This document shows, in pieces, positions 1-9,735 of a stretch of 64,000 bases of DNA. This DNA is from Alphaproteobacteria bacterium. Lineage in GTDB: Bacteria; Pseudomonadota; Alphaproteobacteria; MPNO01; UBA830. The translations under genes were made by a program, and so were the position numbers. Positions within the stretch are counted from its first letter, which is position 1. Each line of letters starts with the position of its first letter. Location of the stretch: the NCBI GenBank assembly GCA_964291215.2, contig OZ219790.1, positions 1,728,001-1,792,000 on the forward strand. The letters are read 5' to 3'. The notes beneath the pieces were generated by a model. The model was given only the letters and a program-made list of their open reading frames with translations. It searched no databases and was not told the origin of the DNA.

Positions 1-75
1 AATGCCGAATACGCCGCATTCCTCACGCAGCTTGTCGGCGCCGACATCGTTTGCGGGTGGTGAAGCGTATGTCAT
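1..75 (-). CDS. purF: Amidophosphoribosyltransferase, 5' end (runs off the window)
   Basis: ATG at 75 reads MTYASPPANDVGADKLREECGVFGI; EECGVFG is the PurF propeptide/catalytic Cys motif; follows cvpA. Confidence 0.9.
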   Translation of the reverse strand, partial: MTYASPPANDVGADKLREECGVFGI

Positions 76-77
76 GC

Positions 78-704
78 CTATCGCTGCGTGTTGAAGAGCC
101 GGTCCATCTCCCGGCGCTCCTCGGCATTGTAACCCGGTTCGGTTTTCGGCGGTTCGGTTTTCGTCTGTGGCGATAACAGGGTCCGGAATTGCTGCTCGGC
201 GTCCGGCACGGGAGCGGAAGAGGGCATTTCCGCCCAGTCGGGGGGCATCAAGGCCACCATAAGCCCGGCCGCCTGCCGCACCAGTGGCAGCGAGCGGGCA
301 TCGCGGTAGAACTCCCAGTTGTCGGACAGCCCAAAGTGCCGCCCGGCCACGTAGGCGCCGCTGACGACGGCGATACCGAGAACCAGCCCGACCGCAAGCC
401 CGAGCGTCCGGTCGAGCGGCCCGACGGCGCTTCGGCGCACGCGGCCGGCGAGCGCGTGCTTGACGTAGGTAAGTACGACCAGGCTGACCAGGAACAGTGC
501 CGCTCCGGCGAGGATGTCGGCGGCAACCCCGTCGCCCATCCACTGTCTGGCGAACGGGCTGACGTGCGGGAATCCATAGATGGTTACCACCGTCGCGCCA
601 ACCCAGCCAGCAAGCCACAATATGACATGCACCAGCCCGAGGCGAAAGGCAAAGAAGCCCGAGACGATGATCACGGCCGCAACCAGGATATCTGCCGGAC
701 TCAT
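78..704 (-). CDS. cvpA: CvpA family (colicin V production) membrane protein
   Basis: Hydrophobic 208 aa ORF with LDRTLG motif, between radA and purF. Confidence 0.88.
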   Translation of the reverse strand: MSPADILVAAVIIVSGFFAFRLGLVHVILWLAGWVGATVVTIYGFPHVSPFARQWMGDGVAADILAGAALFLVSLVVLTYVKHALAGRVRRSAVGPLDRTLGLAVGLVLGIAVVSGAYVAGRHFGLSDNWEFYRDARSLPLVRQAAGLMVALMPPDWAEMPSSAPVPDAEQQFRTLLSPQTKTEPPKTEPGYNAEERREMDRLFNTQR

Positions 705-2104
705 CGTACTGTTTCCGGGATGGCGCCGCCGGCCTGTCCGAAAAGGCTAGCTAGGTCCCGCAACCGGCTGATCTCGACAATCTTCATCTCGGAAACATCC
801 GCCATATCGACATCACGGCTGCCGGTCTGTCGCGCCGGTATCCATGCGGCCCCGAAACCGAGTTTGGACGCTTCCCGGAGACGCAGGCTCGTCTGGATAA
901 CCGACCGCACCTCACCGGAGAGACCGATTTCGCCGATGACGACCGTGCTGGAAGCGACCGGATCGTCGAGTGTAGCCGAAATCAGTGCTGCGGCAACCGC
1001 GAGATCCGCAGCTGGCTCGGAGACGCGCAACCCGCCAACGACGTTGAGAAATACGTCACGGCCGGCAAGGCTGATGCCGCACCGCGCCTCGAGGACGGCG
1101 AGAACCATGGCGAGTCGCCCCGCATCCCAGCCGATGACTGCCCGCCGCGGGGTACCGGGCGCCGCTGCGGCGACCAGAGCCTGTATCTCCACGAGTACGG
1201 GACGAGTGCCCTCGATGGCCGCGAACACGGCATTTCCGGCAACGGAGTCCCGATGCTGGGCGAGAAAGACGGCCGACGGGTTCCCGACCTCGACCAGCCC
1301 GGCGCCAGTCATCTCGAAGACGCCGATCTCGTCGGTCGGCCCGAACCGGTTCTTGATCGCGCGCAGTATCCTGAAATGGTGGCCGCGGTCGCCCTCGAAA
1401 TACAGCACGGTGTCCACCATGTGCTCGAGGACGCGGGGACCGGCGATGGTCCCCTCCTTGGTGACATGGCCAACCAGAATCAGGCTGAAGCCGCGCCGCT
1501 TCGCAAGCCGGATCAGCATGTCGGCCGCGGCGCGTACCTGTGACACGCTGCCGGGCGGGGCCTCAAGACTGTCGAGATGCATGGTCTGGATGGAATCGAC
1601 GACGAGCAGCCGCGGCGTATCTGCGCCGTCGAAGGTCGCCGCGATATCGCGAATGCTGGTCGCTGCGGCGATCTGCACCGGAGCATCCGAGAGGTCCAGC
1701 CGCTCGGCGCGCATGCGCACCTGGTCGACTGCCTCCTCGCCCGAGATGTAGACGCAGGCCGCAGCGTGGGATACGGCGCCTGCGACCTGCATGAGCAGGG
1801 TCGACTTGCCGATTCCGGGGTCGCCGCCGATCAGTATTGTCGAGCCTGCCACCAGTCCGCCGCCACTTACGCAGTCGAATTCCGCAAGCCCGGTGGTCAG
1901 GCGCGGCGGCGCGGCCGAGGTTCCGGCGAGAGACGCAAGAGGTATCCGGCGTCCTTCGCCCGATCCTGGAACCGCGCCGCCCGCGTGTCCGGTCACGTCT
2001 TCAGCGATGGTGTTCCATTGGCCGCAGGAGTCGCACCGGCCCTGCCATTTGCCGTAGACGGCGGCGCAACTCTGGCACACGAAGCGCGATGCCCGGCGCA
2101 CCAC
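701..2104 (-). CDS. radA: DNA repair protein RadA/Sms
   Basis: CxxC...CxxC zinc finger, Walker A GDPGIGKST, KNRFG motif, Lon-like C-terminus. Confidence 0.97.
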   Translation of the reverse strand: MVRRASRFVCQSCAAVYGKWQGRCDSCGQWNTIAEDVTGHAGGAVPGSGEGRRIPLASLAGTSAAPPRLTTGLAEFDCVSGGGLVAGSTILIGGDPGIGKSTLLMQVAGAVSHAAACVYISGEEAVDQVRMRAERLDLSDAPVQIAAATSIRDIAATFDGADTPRLLVVDSIQTMHLDSLEAPPGSVSQVRAAADMLIRLAKRRGFSLILVGHVTKEGTIAGPRVLEHMVDTVLYFEGDRGHHFRILRAIKNRFGPTDEIGVFEMTGAGLVEVGNPSAVFLAQHRDSVAGNAVFAAIEGTRPVLVEIQALVAAAAPGTPRRAVIGWDAGRLAMVLAVLEARCGISLAGRDVFLNVVGGLRVSEPAADLAVAAALISATLDDPVASSTVVIGEIGLSGEVRSVIQTSLRLREASKLGFGAAWIPARQTGSRDVDMADVSEMKIVEISRLRDLASLFGQAGGAIPETVR

Positions 2105-2109
2105 GCGGT

Positions 2110-2877
2110 CTAGACTCCTGTTCGCCGCGCTGCGGGCGCTCCGCGCACGAAAGCGTCGACAATGGCGTTGCCGCTGCAGGTAACATCTTCGACATTTCCG
2201 ATCCAGACCACTTTGCCGTCATGTATCATCGCGATGCGGTCGCCGATGCGGCGCGCGCTGTCCATGTCGTGGGTGATGGTCAGCGCCGTGGCCCCGAGGT
2301 CGCGGACGTATTTCACGATCAGGCGATCGATGACGGCGCCCATGATGGGGTCGATGCCGGTGGTCGGCTCGTCGAAGAAGAGCATTTGGGGAGCGGTAGC
2401 GATGGCGCGGGCGAGACCTACCCGTTTCTGTGCGCCGACCGAGATGTCAGCGGGATAGCGGTCGGCGGTCTCGGGGCCGAGCCCGACCTCGCGCAGCAGT
2501 TTGATCGACCGTTCGCGGGCTCCGGATCTGGCCATGGTACGCGTCGACAGGAACGGAAACGCGACGTTTTCCCACAGCGGGAGAGAGTCGAAGAGCGCTC
2601 CGTTCTGGAACAGCATGCCGATCCCGCGATTGATGTGATCCCGCGCATTTCCCGCGAGGTTTGCGATCTCCACCCCGTCATACCGGATGGAGCCGGCATC
2701 GGGAGCAAGAATCCCCACGATGTTCTTGATCAGCACCGACTTTCCGCTGCCCGACGCGCCGATGACGACGAGGCTCTCGCCCTCCAGCACATCGAGTTCG
2801 ACGCCCCGGAGCACGGCCTTGGCGCCGAAGGACTTCTCGAGTCCTCGGATCACAATCTTCGGGGATGATCCGGTCAT
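2110..2877 (-). CDS. mlaF: MlaF-type ABC transporter ATP-binding protein
   Basis: GASGSGKS Walker A, FQNGALFDSL, FFDEPTTG; ATG overlaps the mlaE stop. Confidence 0.9.
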   Translation of the reverse strand: MTGSSPKIVIRGLEKSFGAKAVLRGVELDVLEGESLVVIGASGSGKSVLIKNIVGILAPDAGSIRYDGVEIANLAGNARDHINRGIGMLFQNGALFDSLPLWENVAFPFLSTRTMARSGARERSIKLLREVGLGPETADRYPADISVGAQKRVGLARAIATAPQMLFFDEPTTGIDPIMGAVIDRLIVKYVRDLGATALTITHDMDSARRIGDRIAMIHDGKVVWIGNVEDVTCSGNAIVDAFVRGAPAARRTGV

Positions 2878-3647
2878 TGGGCGAAGAAGGCCTCGGTGAT
2901 GAGATAGTTCGAGGCCAGGATCAGGATCGAGGCCGACACCACGGCATTGGTCGTCGCAGCGCCAACGCCCTGGGCGCCGCCGCGCGAGTGGTAACCGTGA
3001 TAGCAGCCCATCAGCGCGATCAGGAAACCGAAGACGGCGGCCTTGGCGAGGCCGGATACGACATCGAGAATCTCGAGGAACTTCCAAGTGTTGTCGATGT
3101 AGGCGCCGCCGTTGAAGCCGAGCTTGTGCACGGAAATCAGATAGCCGCCGAACACACCAATGATGTCGGCGACGAAGACGCAGCAGGGCAGCATTAGCGT
3201 TCCGGCAAGCAGGCGTGGCGCGATCAGGTACTTGTAGGGGTTGGTGGCCAGCGTCGAAAGGGCGTCGATCTGCTCGGTCACCCGCATGGTGCCGATCTCG
3301 GCGGCCATAGCCGCGCCTATGCGTCCTGCCACCATGAGCCCGGCAAGGACTGGCGCAAGTTCCCGGGTGATCGATAGGACGACGACGGTGGCGACCGCGC
3401 TCTCAGCGTTGAAGCGGGCGAACCCGGTGTAGCTCTGGAGCGCGAGGACCATTCCGGTGAACACCGCGGTGAGCCCGACGACGGGAAGGGAATAGTAGCC
3501 GATTTCCACGATCTGCCTGAAAATCAGGCCAGGATAGAACGGAGGCCGGAAGATGTGGCTGACGCCGGTTGCGCCGAACAAGGTCAGGCGGCCGGTCGCG
3601 GCGAGAAAGCCGATGAAGACGCGTCCGATAGCAGCGAGAACGGTCAT
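2874..3647 (-). CDS. mlaE: MlaE family lipid-asymmetry ABC permease
   Basis: RELAPVLAGLMVAGRIGAAMAAEIGTMRVTEQIDAL signature. Confidence 0.93.
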   Translation of the reverse strand: MTVLAAIGRVFIGFLAATGRLTLFGATGVSHIFRPPFYPGLIFRQIVEIGYYSLPVVGLTAVFTGMVLALQSYTGFARFNAESAVATVVVLSITRELAPVLAGLMVAGRIGAAMAAEIGTMRVTEQIDALSTLATNPYKYLIAPRLLAGTLMLPCCVFVADIIGVFGGYLISVHKLGFNGGAYIDNTWKFLEILDVVSGLAKAAVFGFLIALMGCYHGYHSRGGAQGVGAATTNAVVSASILILASNYLITEAFFAQ

Positions 3648-4762
3648 GTTCCTGAGCTGTCCCCGTTCTCGTAACGCCGCCGGTAGCGCCGTCCCATCGC
3701 GGTCAGGATTTCGTAGCCGATGGTGTCTGCTTTCGCCGCCAGGTCGTCGACCGTATGGCGCCCGCAGATCAGATCGACGTGATCGCCCGGCTTCACGCCG
3801 CCTTCCGGGGTGTCGGAAATGTCGAACGTGACGAGATCCATCGACACGCGCCCCATCACCGGCACTCTGATGTCGCCGACATATCCGTAACCGCGATTTC
3901 CGAGCGCCCGGAGATATCCGTCGGCATAGCCCGCGGCCACCGTGGCGAGTCTGGCGCCCCTCGAGACGCGGCAAGTCGCACCGTATCCGACCGTGGAATC
4001 GCGGTCAACGGTCCGTATCTGCAGGATCGGGGCCTTCAGGCGCACGACCTCGCGCATCCTCCGCGGGGCGCCGGTCGCGGCCGAGATCCCGTAGATCGCC
4101 GCGCCAGGACGCGTCAGTGCATAGTGGTAGTTGGGGCCGAGAAAGATGCCGGCGGAATTGGCAAGCGAGGCGGAGACCCCGGCTAGCGGCGCCCGCAGTT
4201 CGTCGAACAGGGCGCGCTGCAGCCCGTTCGCCGGATTGTCCGGTTCCTCGCCGCAGGCCAAATGGCTCATGACGAAATCGATCTCCAAACCGTCGAGGGC
4301 GCCGGAGCGAGAGGTCAGGTCACGCATCTCGGATGGCGAAAGCCCGAGCCTGTTCATGCCCGTGTCGACAGCGAGAATCCCCCGCCGCGGCCGGTCTGCG
4401 CCGGCATCCGCGGCCCAGACGGCGATGTCCTCGGGAGAGTTGAGGACAGGAATCAGGCCTGCTGCCTCGAACGCCGGCGCGTCGGCCGGCCGGCCCGGAC
4501 CGTCGAGGACGTAGATCGTACCGTCGCGGCCCAGGGCCTCGCGCAACGCCAGCCCCTCTTCGGCCCGTGCGACGAAGAAGCGCCTGCAACCGGCGGCACG
4601 GAGGGTGCGGCCGACCTGTTCGAGTCCGAGGCCGTAGCCGTCGGCCTTGACGACTGCAGCACATTCGGCCGGCCGCGAGAGGTCGCGCAGGAGGCGCCAG
4701 TTTGCGGCGAGGGCGCCGAGATCGATGATCAGGGTTGCTGCGGCACCGTGTCCGGTGGTCAT
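3644..4762 (-). CDS. alr: Alanine racemase
   Basis: AVVKADGYGLG PLP-lysine motif, DTGMNRLG, GRVSMD. Confidence 0.97.
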   Translation of the reverse strand: MTTGHGAAATLIIDLGALAANWRLLRDLSRPAECAAVVKADGYGLGLEQVGRTLRAAGCRRFFVARAEEGLALREALGRDGTIYVLDGPGRPADAPAFEAAGLIPVLNSPEDIAVWAADAGADRPRRGILAVDTGMNRLGLSPSEMRDLTSRSGALDGLEIDFVMSHLACGEEPDNPANGLQRALFDELRAPLAGVSASLANSAGIFLGPNYHYALTRPGAAIYGISAATGAPRRMREVVRLKAPILQIRTVDRDSTVGYGATCRVSRGARLATVAAGYADGYLRALGNRGYGYVGDIRVPVMGRVSMDLVTFDISDTPEGGVKPGDHVDLICGRHTVDDLAAKADTIGYEILTAMGRRYRRRYENGDSSGT

Positions 4763-4764
4763 TC

Positions 4765-6288
4765 TCAGTACGTGTGGCCGTCTGGCGGGGGCGGTCCGCC
4801 GTCACTGTCTTCGGGATTATCGAACTTGGTAGCCTCGCTGTGGAATCGCAGCTCGATCGTGTCGGTCGGCCCGTGACGCGACTTGGCGATGATGATTTCG
4901 GCCTTGCCGCGGGCCGACTCAAGGGCGTTCTCCCAGTCCTGCTGCCTCTGCTGGCGCCTCTCGGCTGTCCAGTCGGGCCGTTCGCCGGGCTTCCTGCCCT
5001 GAAGGTAATACTCCTCACGGTACACGAACATCACGACATCGGCATCCTGCTCGATGGTCCCCGACTCGCGAAGGTCGGAGAGTTGGGGGCGCTTGTCGTC
5101 GCGCTGCTCGACGGCGCGGCTGAGCTGGGAAAGCGCGAGCACCGGCACGTTGAGCTCCTTGGCCAGCGCCTTCAGTCCCCGGGTGATCTCGGAGATCTCC
5201 TGGACGCGGTTCACCTCACGGCCGGTCCGCGCGGGATGGAGGAGCTGCAGATAGTCGACGACGACCAGCCCGAGGCCCTCGGGCCTGCGCCTGAGCCGCC
5301 GCGCGCGCGTCCTGAGCGCTGACACGGACAGCGCGGGGGTGTCGTCGATATAAAGCGGTGTGGCCTGCAGCCGCTGACTCGTCCGCACAAGGTCGTCGAA
5401 CTGGGGCTGATTGAGTTCGCCCCGGCGTATCTTGTCCGATGCGATTGCGGCATTCTCTGCGAGCACCCTGGTGGCCAACTGTTGGGACGACATCTCGAGC
5501 GAGAAGAAACCGACGACGGGGCTGCTGACCGGCCTTTCGATGCCGTTGTCGTCGGTGAATATGTCCGGCTTGGTCGCGACATTGAACGCGATATTGGTCG
5601 CGAGCGCAGTCTTGCCCATGCCGGGGCGGCCTGCGAGCACGATAAGATCGGACTTGTGCAGGCCGCCGAGCAGCAGGTCGAGCTTGTGAAATCCCGTGGG
5701 GGCGCCTGCGAACGTCGTCTCGCGGTTGAAAGCGCTTGCCGCCATCTCGACCGCGTCCCTGATCGAATCGGAGAAACTCTGGAAGCCGCCATCGACATTG
5801 CCGCTGGTGGCGAGGTTGAAAAGGCCCTGCTCGGCGACCTCGATCTGGTTGGTGGCGTGCTCATCCGGGTTATGCGAATAGGCGTGGTTGACGACATCTG
5901 TGCCCAGCTCGATGAGTTGCCGGCGCAGGTAAAGGTCGTAGATCAGGCGCCCGTAGTTCTGTGCGTTGATGATCGTGAAGCTGGCGCCCGCCAGTTCGGC
6001 GAGATAGCGGTGTCCGCCGATCTGCTCGTACTCCGGCCCGTCGAAGAAATGTTTCAGTGTTGTCGGGTTTGCCTGCTGGTTGCGCTCGATGAGTTGCCGG
6101 CAGGCATCATAGATTTTGGCATGGATAGGATCGAAGAAATGTTCCGGTTCGAGGAAATCGGATACGCGTTCATAGGCGCGGTTGTTGCCGAGAATGGTGC
6201 CGAGAAGGCCCATCTCGGCCTCGATGTTGTTCGGCGGCTGGCGGTAGCTTTCCTTGCTCTCCTCGATATCGATCATTGAAGTGGCCAC
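4765..6288 (-). CDS. dnaB: Replicative DNA helicase
   Basis: AGRPGMGKT, FFSLEM, VVDYLQL, LSDLRESGTIEQDAD; GTG start chosen from an upstream GGGAG RBS. Confidence 0.97.
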   Translation of the reverse strand: MATSMIDIEESKESYRQPPNNIEAEMGLLGTILGNNRAYERVSDFLEPEHFFDPIHAKIYDACRQLIERNQQANPTTLKHFFDGPEYEQIGGHRYLAELAGASFTIINAQNYGRLIYDLYLRRQLIELGTDVVNHAYSHNPDEHATNQIEVAEQGLFNLATSGNVDGGFQSFSDSIRDAVEMAASAFNRETTFAGAPTGFHKLDLLLGGLHKSDLIVLAGRPGMGKTALATNIAFNVATKPDIFTDDNGIERPVSSPVVGFFSLEMSSQQLATRVLAENAAIASDKIRRGELNQPQFDDLVRTSQRLQATPLYIDDTPALSVSALRTRARRLRRRPEGLGLVVVDYLQLLHPARTGREVNRVQEISEITRGLKALAKELNVPVLALSQLSRAVEQRDDKRPQLSDLRESGTIEQDADVVMFVYREEYYLQGRKPGERPDWTAERRQQRQQDWENALESARGKAEIIIAKSRHGPTDTIELRFHSEATKFDNPEDSDGGPPPPDGHTY

Positions 6289-6561
6289 ATCGAACTCCCG
6301 TACATGCAAATTGCACCTGTGCCGGACCGGGAAGGCTGAACCGGTTGGGCGGCGTCCGCCACAATGTCCTTCCGGCCCGGATGCTGCAAGGCTGGCGGCA
6401 GCGGAAAGCTGCCGCCACTATAGCAGCCGGAAGCGCGGCGGGCAGGGGGCGAAACCCGGAGCGGGCGGAAAAATGCGCGCCCGACGAACGGTTTCTTCAC
6501 CGCCTTTTCGGCAGTTTTGGACAGGCTTGTCCCGTCCGCGCTCGGAGACTCGTGCAGCCGG

Positions 6562-7806
6562 TCAGGCGGCCAGACCGCGGGCGGGCGAGCGTTCCTTTGC
6601 GGCCTGGGCGCGCTCCCATTCGAACATGTAGTCGCGGGTAATCGGGACTGCTTCAAGGCTCTTCGAGAGCTGCATCTGGAACACCATCAGGTTCTCGTAG
6701 CGGAAACCCATCTCGCAGATAATCAGATAGAGTTCCCACATGCGGCAGAACCGCTCGTCGTAGATTTCCGCCACCTCCTCGCGATGGGCCGAAAAGGCTT
6801 CGTGCCATCGCCGCAGGGTCTCGGCGTAATGGAGACGGAGGATTTCGATGTCGGTGCACAGCAGGCCCGTGCGCTCGATTATGGGCGTGATCTCCGACAG
6901 CGCCGGAAGATCGGCGCCGGGGAAGATGTACTTCCTTATGAACGGATTGATGGGCGCTGGTGTGTCGAGACGGCCGATCGAGTGCAGGAGCACGACTCCG
7001 TCATCGGTCAGTAGGTCTCTCAGCTTCTCGAAGAACTCGGCAAAGTTGCGCTTGCCGACATGTTCGAACATGCCTACCGAGACGATGCGGTCGAACCGGG
7101 AATCGAGTGTCCGGTAGTCGCGGAGTTCGAAGCGGACGCGTTCGTCGAGTCCGGCCGCGTGCGCGCGTTCATTTGCGACCTTGTGCTGTTCCGTCGATAG
7201 GGTGACCCCGGTCACGTCGGCGTCTCTGAGGCCGGCGATATAGAGGCCCAGCCCGCCCCAGCCCGAGCCGATGTCAAGCACTTTGAGGCCGTTTTCATCG
7301 AGCAGAAGCTTGGATGCGAGATGACGCCGCTTGTTGGCCTGGGCCGTCTCAATGTCCTCGTCGCGATCGAGAAAATAAGCACAGGAATACTGTCTGTCGC
7401 GGTCGAGGAAGCGGTCGTAGAGCTCGTCAGACAGATCGTAGTGGTGGGCGACGTTCCGCTGCGCGACTCCGATCGGGTTGTATTGTTTGATCTTGCGGCT
7501 GCCGATGCCAATCCAGCGCAACGCGTTCGCCAGCGGAAAGTTCTCGACATGCCCGTAGTTATGGGCCGCAAGCTTGATGAAGTCGTAGAGCGTTCCATCC
7601 TCGATGGCGAGGTCGCCGTTCATGTACGCTTCCGGAACATGCAGCGCCGGGTTCATCGCCAGCGAGTAGTCGAGGCTTGCCTTCTTCATGCGCACAGTGC
7701 AGACCGGCGCCGAACCGTCGCCGTAGATTCTGTCGTTTCCCGCCGCGTCGATGACGCGGACGGCTCCGGTCTGGACCGCGTATTTCATGAGGGACGTAAA
7801 CAGCAT
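6562..7806 (-). CDS. cfa: Cyclopropane-fatty-acyl-phospholipid synthase family SAM methyltransferase
   Basis: NVAHHYDLS, QYSCAYF, VLDIGSGWGG, SVGMFEHVG, YIFPG. Confidence 0.9.
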   Translation of the reverse strand: MLFTSLMKYAVQTGAVRVIDAAGNDRIYGDGSAPVCTVRMKKASLDYSLAMNPALHVPEAYMNGDLAIEDGTLYDFIKLAAHNYGHVENFPLANALRWIGIGSRKIKQYNPIGVAQRNVAHHYDLSDELYDRFLDRDRQYSCAYFLDRDEDIETAQANKRRHLASKLLLDENGLKVLDIGSGWGGLGLYIAGLRDADVTGVTLSTEQHKVANERAHAAGLDERVRFELRDYRTLDSRFDRIVSVGMFEHVGKRNFAEFFEKLRDLLTDDGVVLLHSIGRLDTPAPINPFIRKYIFPGADLPALSEITPIIERTGLLCTDIEILRLHYAETLRRWHEAFSAHREEVAEIYDERFCRMWELYLIICEMGFRYENLMVFQMQLSKSLEAVPITRDYMFEWERAQAAKERSPARGLAA

Positions 7807-8124
7807 ATTCAGGTCTCCGTGCCGCGCGGGTTCCGCAAAGCCTCCGGTTGCACCGGTGACCGGCGGGCCGGCAAAGAATACTCTGCAAGGACGGTTTCTG
7901 CCAAGACGGGCCTCGATTCGTCTTGCGGTTCGTCGCACCGGCCCGGGACGCTTCGGTTCGCGGATTCAGGGGAACCCGGGCATGTTGCAAAGATGCGTCA
8001 GATGTGTTTAGTGTACGCTCATGTCAACCCGCCGATGTCGGCAGGCGCGGGCTGCGATGAAGCGGCTGTCAGGTCGGCTTGGTCGCGATCCTGACCATAG
8101 GGGAGCTTCAAGGAGAAAATGTCC

Positions 8125-8424
8125 ATGAGACACATCAAGTTCATCGCTGTTGCGGCAACCACAGTCCTGCTCGCTACGGGCTGCTCGGAACTGGAGCGGA
8201 TCGATCAGGCGGTTGCGACATCGAACGATGCGAAGGCTGCAGCGATGGCGGCCACCAAGGCTGCTGAGATGGCTACCAAGGCTGCTGAGATGGCCACCAA
8301 GGCGGCAAACGCTGCGGTCGGTAGCGCTGGAAAGGCAGCCAGCGACGCCAAGTCGGCTGCCGGCGAAGCCAAGATGGCTGCCGACAAGGCCGATCGGATC
8401 TTCCAGAAGAACCTGCGCAAGTAG
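8125..8424 (+). CDS. Lpp/OprI-like alanine-zipper lipoprotein with C-terminal Lys
   Basis: Lipobox LATGC, Ala/Lys heptads, ends ADRIFQKNLRK; AGGAG RBS at 8111-8115. Confidence 0.8.
   Translation: MRHIKFIAVAATTVLLATGCSELERIDQAVATSNDAKAAAMAATKAAEMATKAAEMATKAANAAVGSAGKAASDAKSAAGEAKMAADKADRIFQKNLRK
8251..8303 (+). repeat. 21-bp tandem repeat (2.5 units) encoding the heptad ATKAAEM
   Basis: gccaccaaggctgctgagatg / gctaccaaggctgctgagatg / gccaccaaggc. Confidence 0.9.
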
Positions 8425-8466
8425 GTCGTCTGCCGAGCGCGCCCCTGCGAGGGGGCGCTTCGGCTG

Positions 8467-9405
8467 CTAGCCCGACAGCACCGGTACCGGGATACCGCGG
8501 CGCCCGCGAGCCACCTGCTTGACCGTTTGCCAGTGGATGGCTTCGTGCCGGTTGCCTGCGGCTTCCGCAACTCTGTATTCAAGTTCTGCCGGCATTGATG
8601 GCGTGAAGCGGCCAGTCTGCTCGATTTCGTCGGCCTGCGACTGGCTCGGGTGAACCTCAAGGAACACTTGCCCGTTCCGGCGGGCAAGCTTCACCTCCTG
8701 ATCGACCACCGTTACCGGAGTGCCAACCGGGAGATTGTCGTAGAACCAGGCGATGTCTTCCGGGTAGAGGCGGACGCAGCCGTGGCTGACGCGGCGTCCG
8801 ATACCGAATGGCTTGTTCGTTCCGTGGATCAGGTAGGCTTGCCAGCCGAGATAGAGCGCGTGCTTACCAAGGGGGTTGTCCGGCCCAGGTCTGACGACGC
8901 GGGGAAGTTCGGGCTGCTCCATACGTATCGATTTGGGCACGTACCAGGACGGGTTGCGCGCCTTGCGGATGACCGTTGTCGACCCGGTGGGCGTGTTCCA
9001 TCCGTCGCTTCCGACCCCGAGCGGCGCCGAGCGGACGGAGGTGCCGTCGGGCTCAAAAAAATACAGACGCTGGTCCGCAAGGTTGACCACGATGCCCTTC
9101 CGTGCGGACTTCGGAACGATGTGGGCGGTCGGCAGGATGATCCGGGTGTTCGCGCCCGGTACCCAGGGGTCGATTCCCGGATTCGCGGCGACGATCTCCG
9201 TGTATCCGAGGCCGTGCGCACGCGCGAGGTCGGGAAACGTGTCCGTGTATTTGGCAAAGTAAATTTGCTGTTCGCCGACGATGTCCGGATATCCGTCACG
9301 GGGCTCGTCGACGCGCATCCCGGCGGCCATCGCTCCCGGAACGGCGATCATTGCGCCGATGGCGGTCATCGTTCCGGAAAACTGCCTGCGCCCGATCTCT
9401 GTCAT
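8467..9405 (-). CDS. L,D-transpeptidase (ErfK/YbiS/YcfS family)
   Basis: Twin-Arg-like IGRRQF leader, ANPGIDPWVP, GPDNPLG, YLIHGTN, VSHGCVRL catalytic motif. Confidence 0.93.
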   Translation of the reverse strand: MTEIGRRQFSGTMTAIGAMIAVPGAMAAGMRVDEPRDGYPDIVGEQQIYFAKYTDTFPDLARAHGLGYTEIVAANPGIDPWVPGANTRIILPTAHIVPKSARKGIVVNLADQRLYFFEPDGTSVRSAPLGVGSDGWNTPTGSTTVIRKARNPSWYVPKSIRMEQPELPRVVRPGPDNPLGKHALYLGWQAYLIHGTNKPFGIGRRVSHGCVRLYPEDIAWFYDNLPVGTPVTVVDQEVKLARRNGQVFLEVHPSQSQADEIEQTGRFTPSMPAELEYRVAEAAGNRHEAIHWQTVKQVARGRRGIPVPVLSG

Positions 9406-9735
9406 CCTGCATGCTCCCGATCCGCTGCGGGTGCGGCGTCGAGTCTGCGGCCCCCGGGCGTCAGCGCACCGTTGTCCGTGCGGTTCCGCTACGTTCAACT
9501 TCCAATATAGGGTGGGAAAGCCGTCGATCCAACCTGATTTCCAGTTTGTGTACAGTAAGTTCTGCAAAAGGGTGTTCAAGCCTGATTGGCCATCGAATTT
9601 CTGTCGCGCCCGGAGCCGCGACCTCGTTCCGCCACCGGCATCACGCCCGATCAGGTTGCGGTGCGACAGTGCGGCGGCGCGTGGACATGGCCACCGGTTT
9701 CGCTATAGTGGGCTGGCAATTGTCGGGGATGTTTC

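Noticed and set aside
189-1751. 520-aa plus-strand ORF and other long antisense ORFs (e.g. 59909-61420, 56860-58242, 10859-12004)
   Set aside because: Shadows of well-supported opposite-strand genes in high-GC DNA; no recognisable motifs
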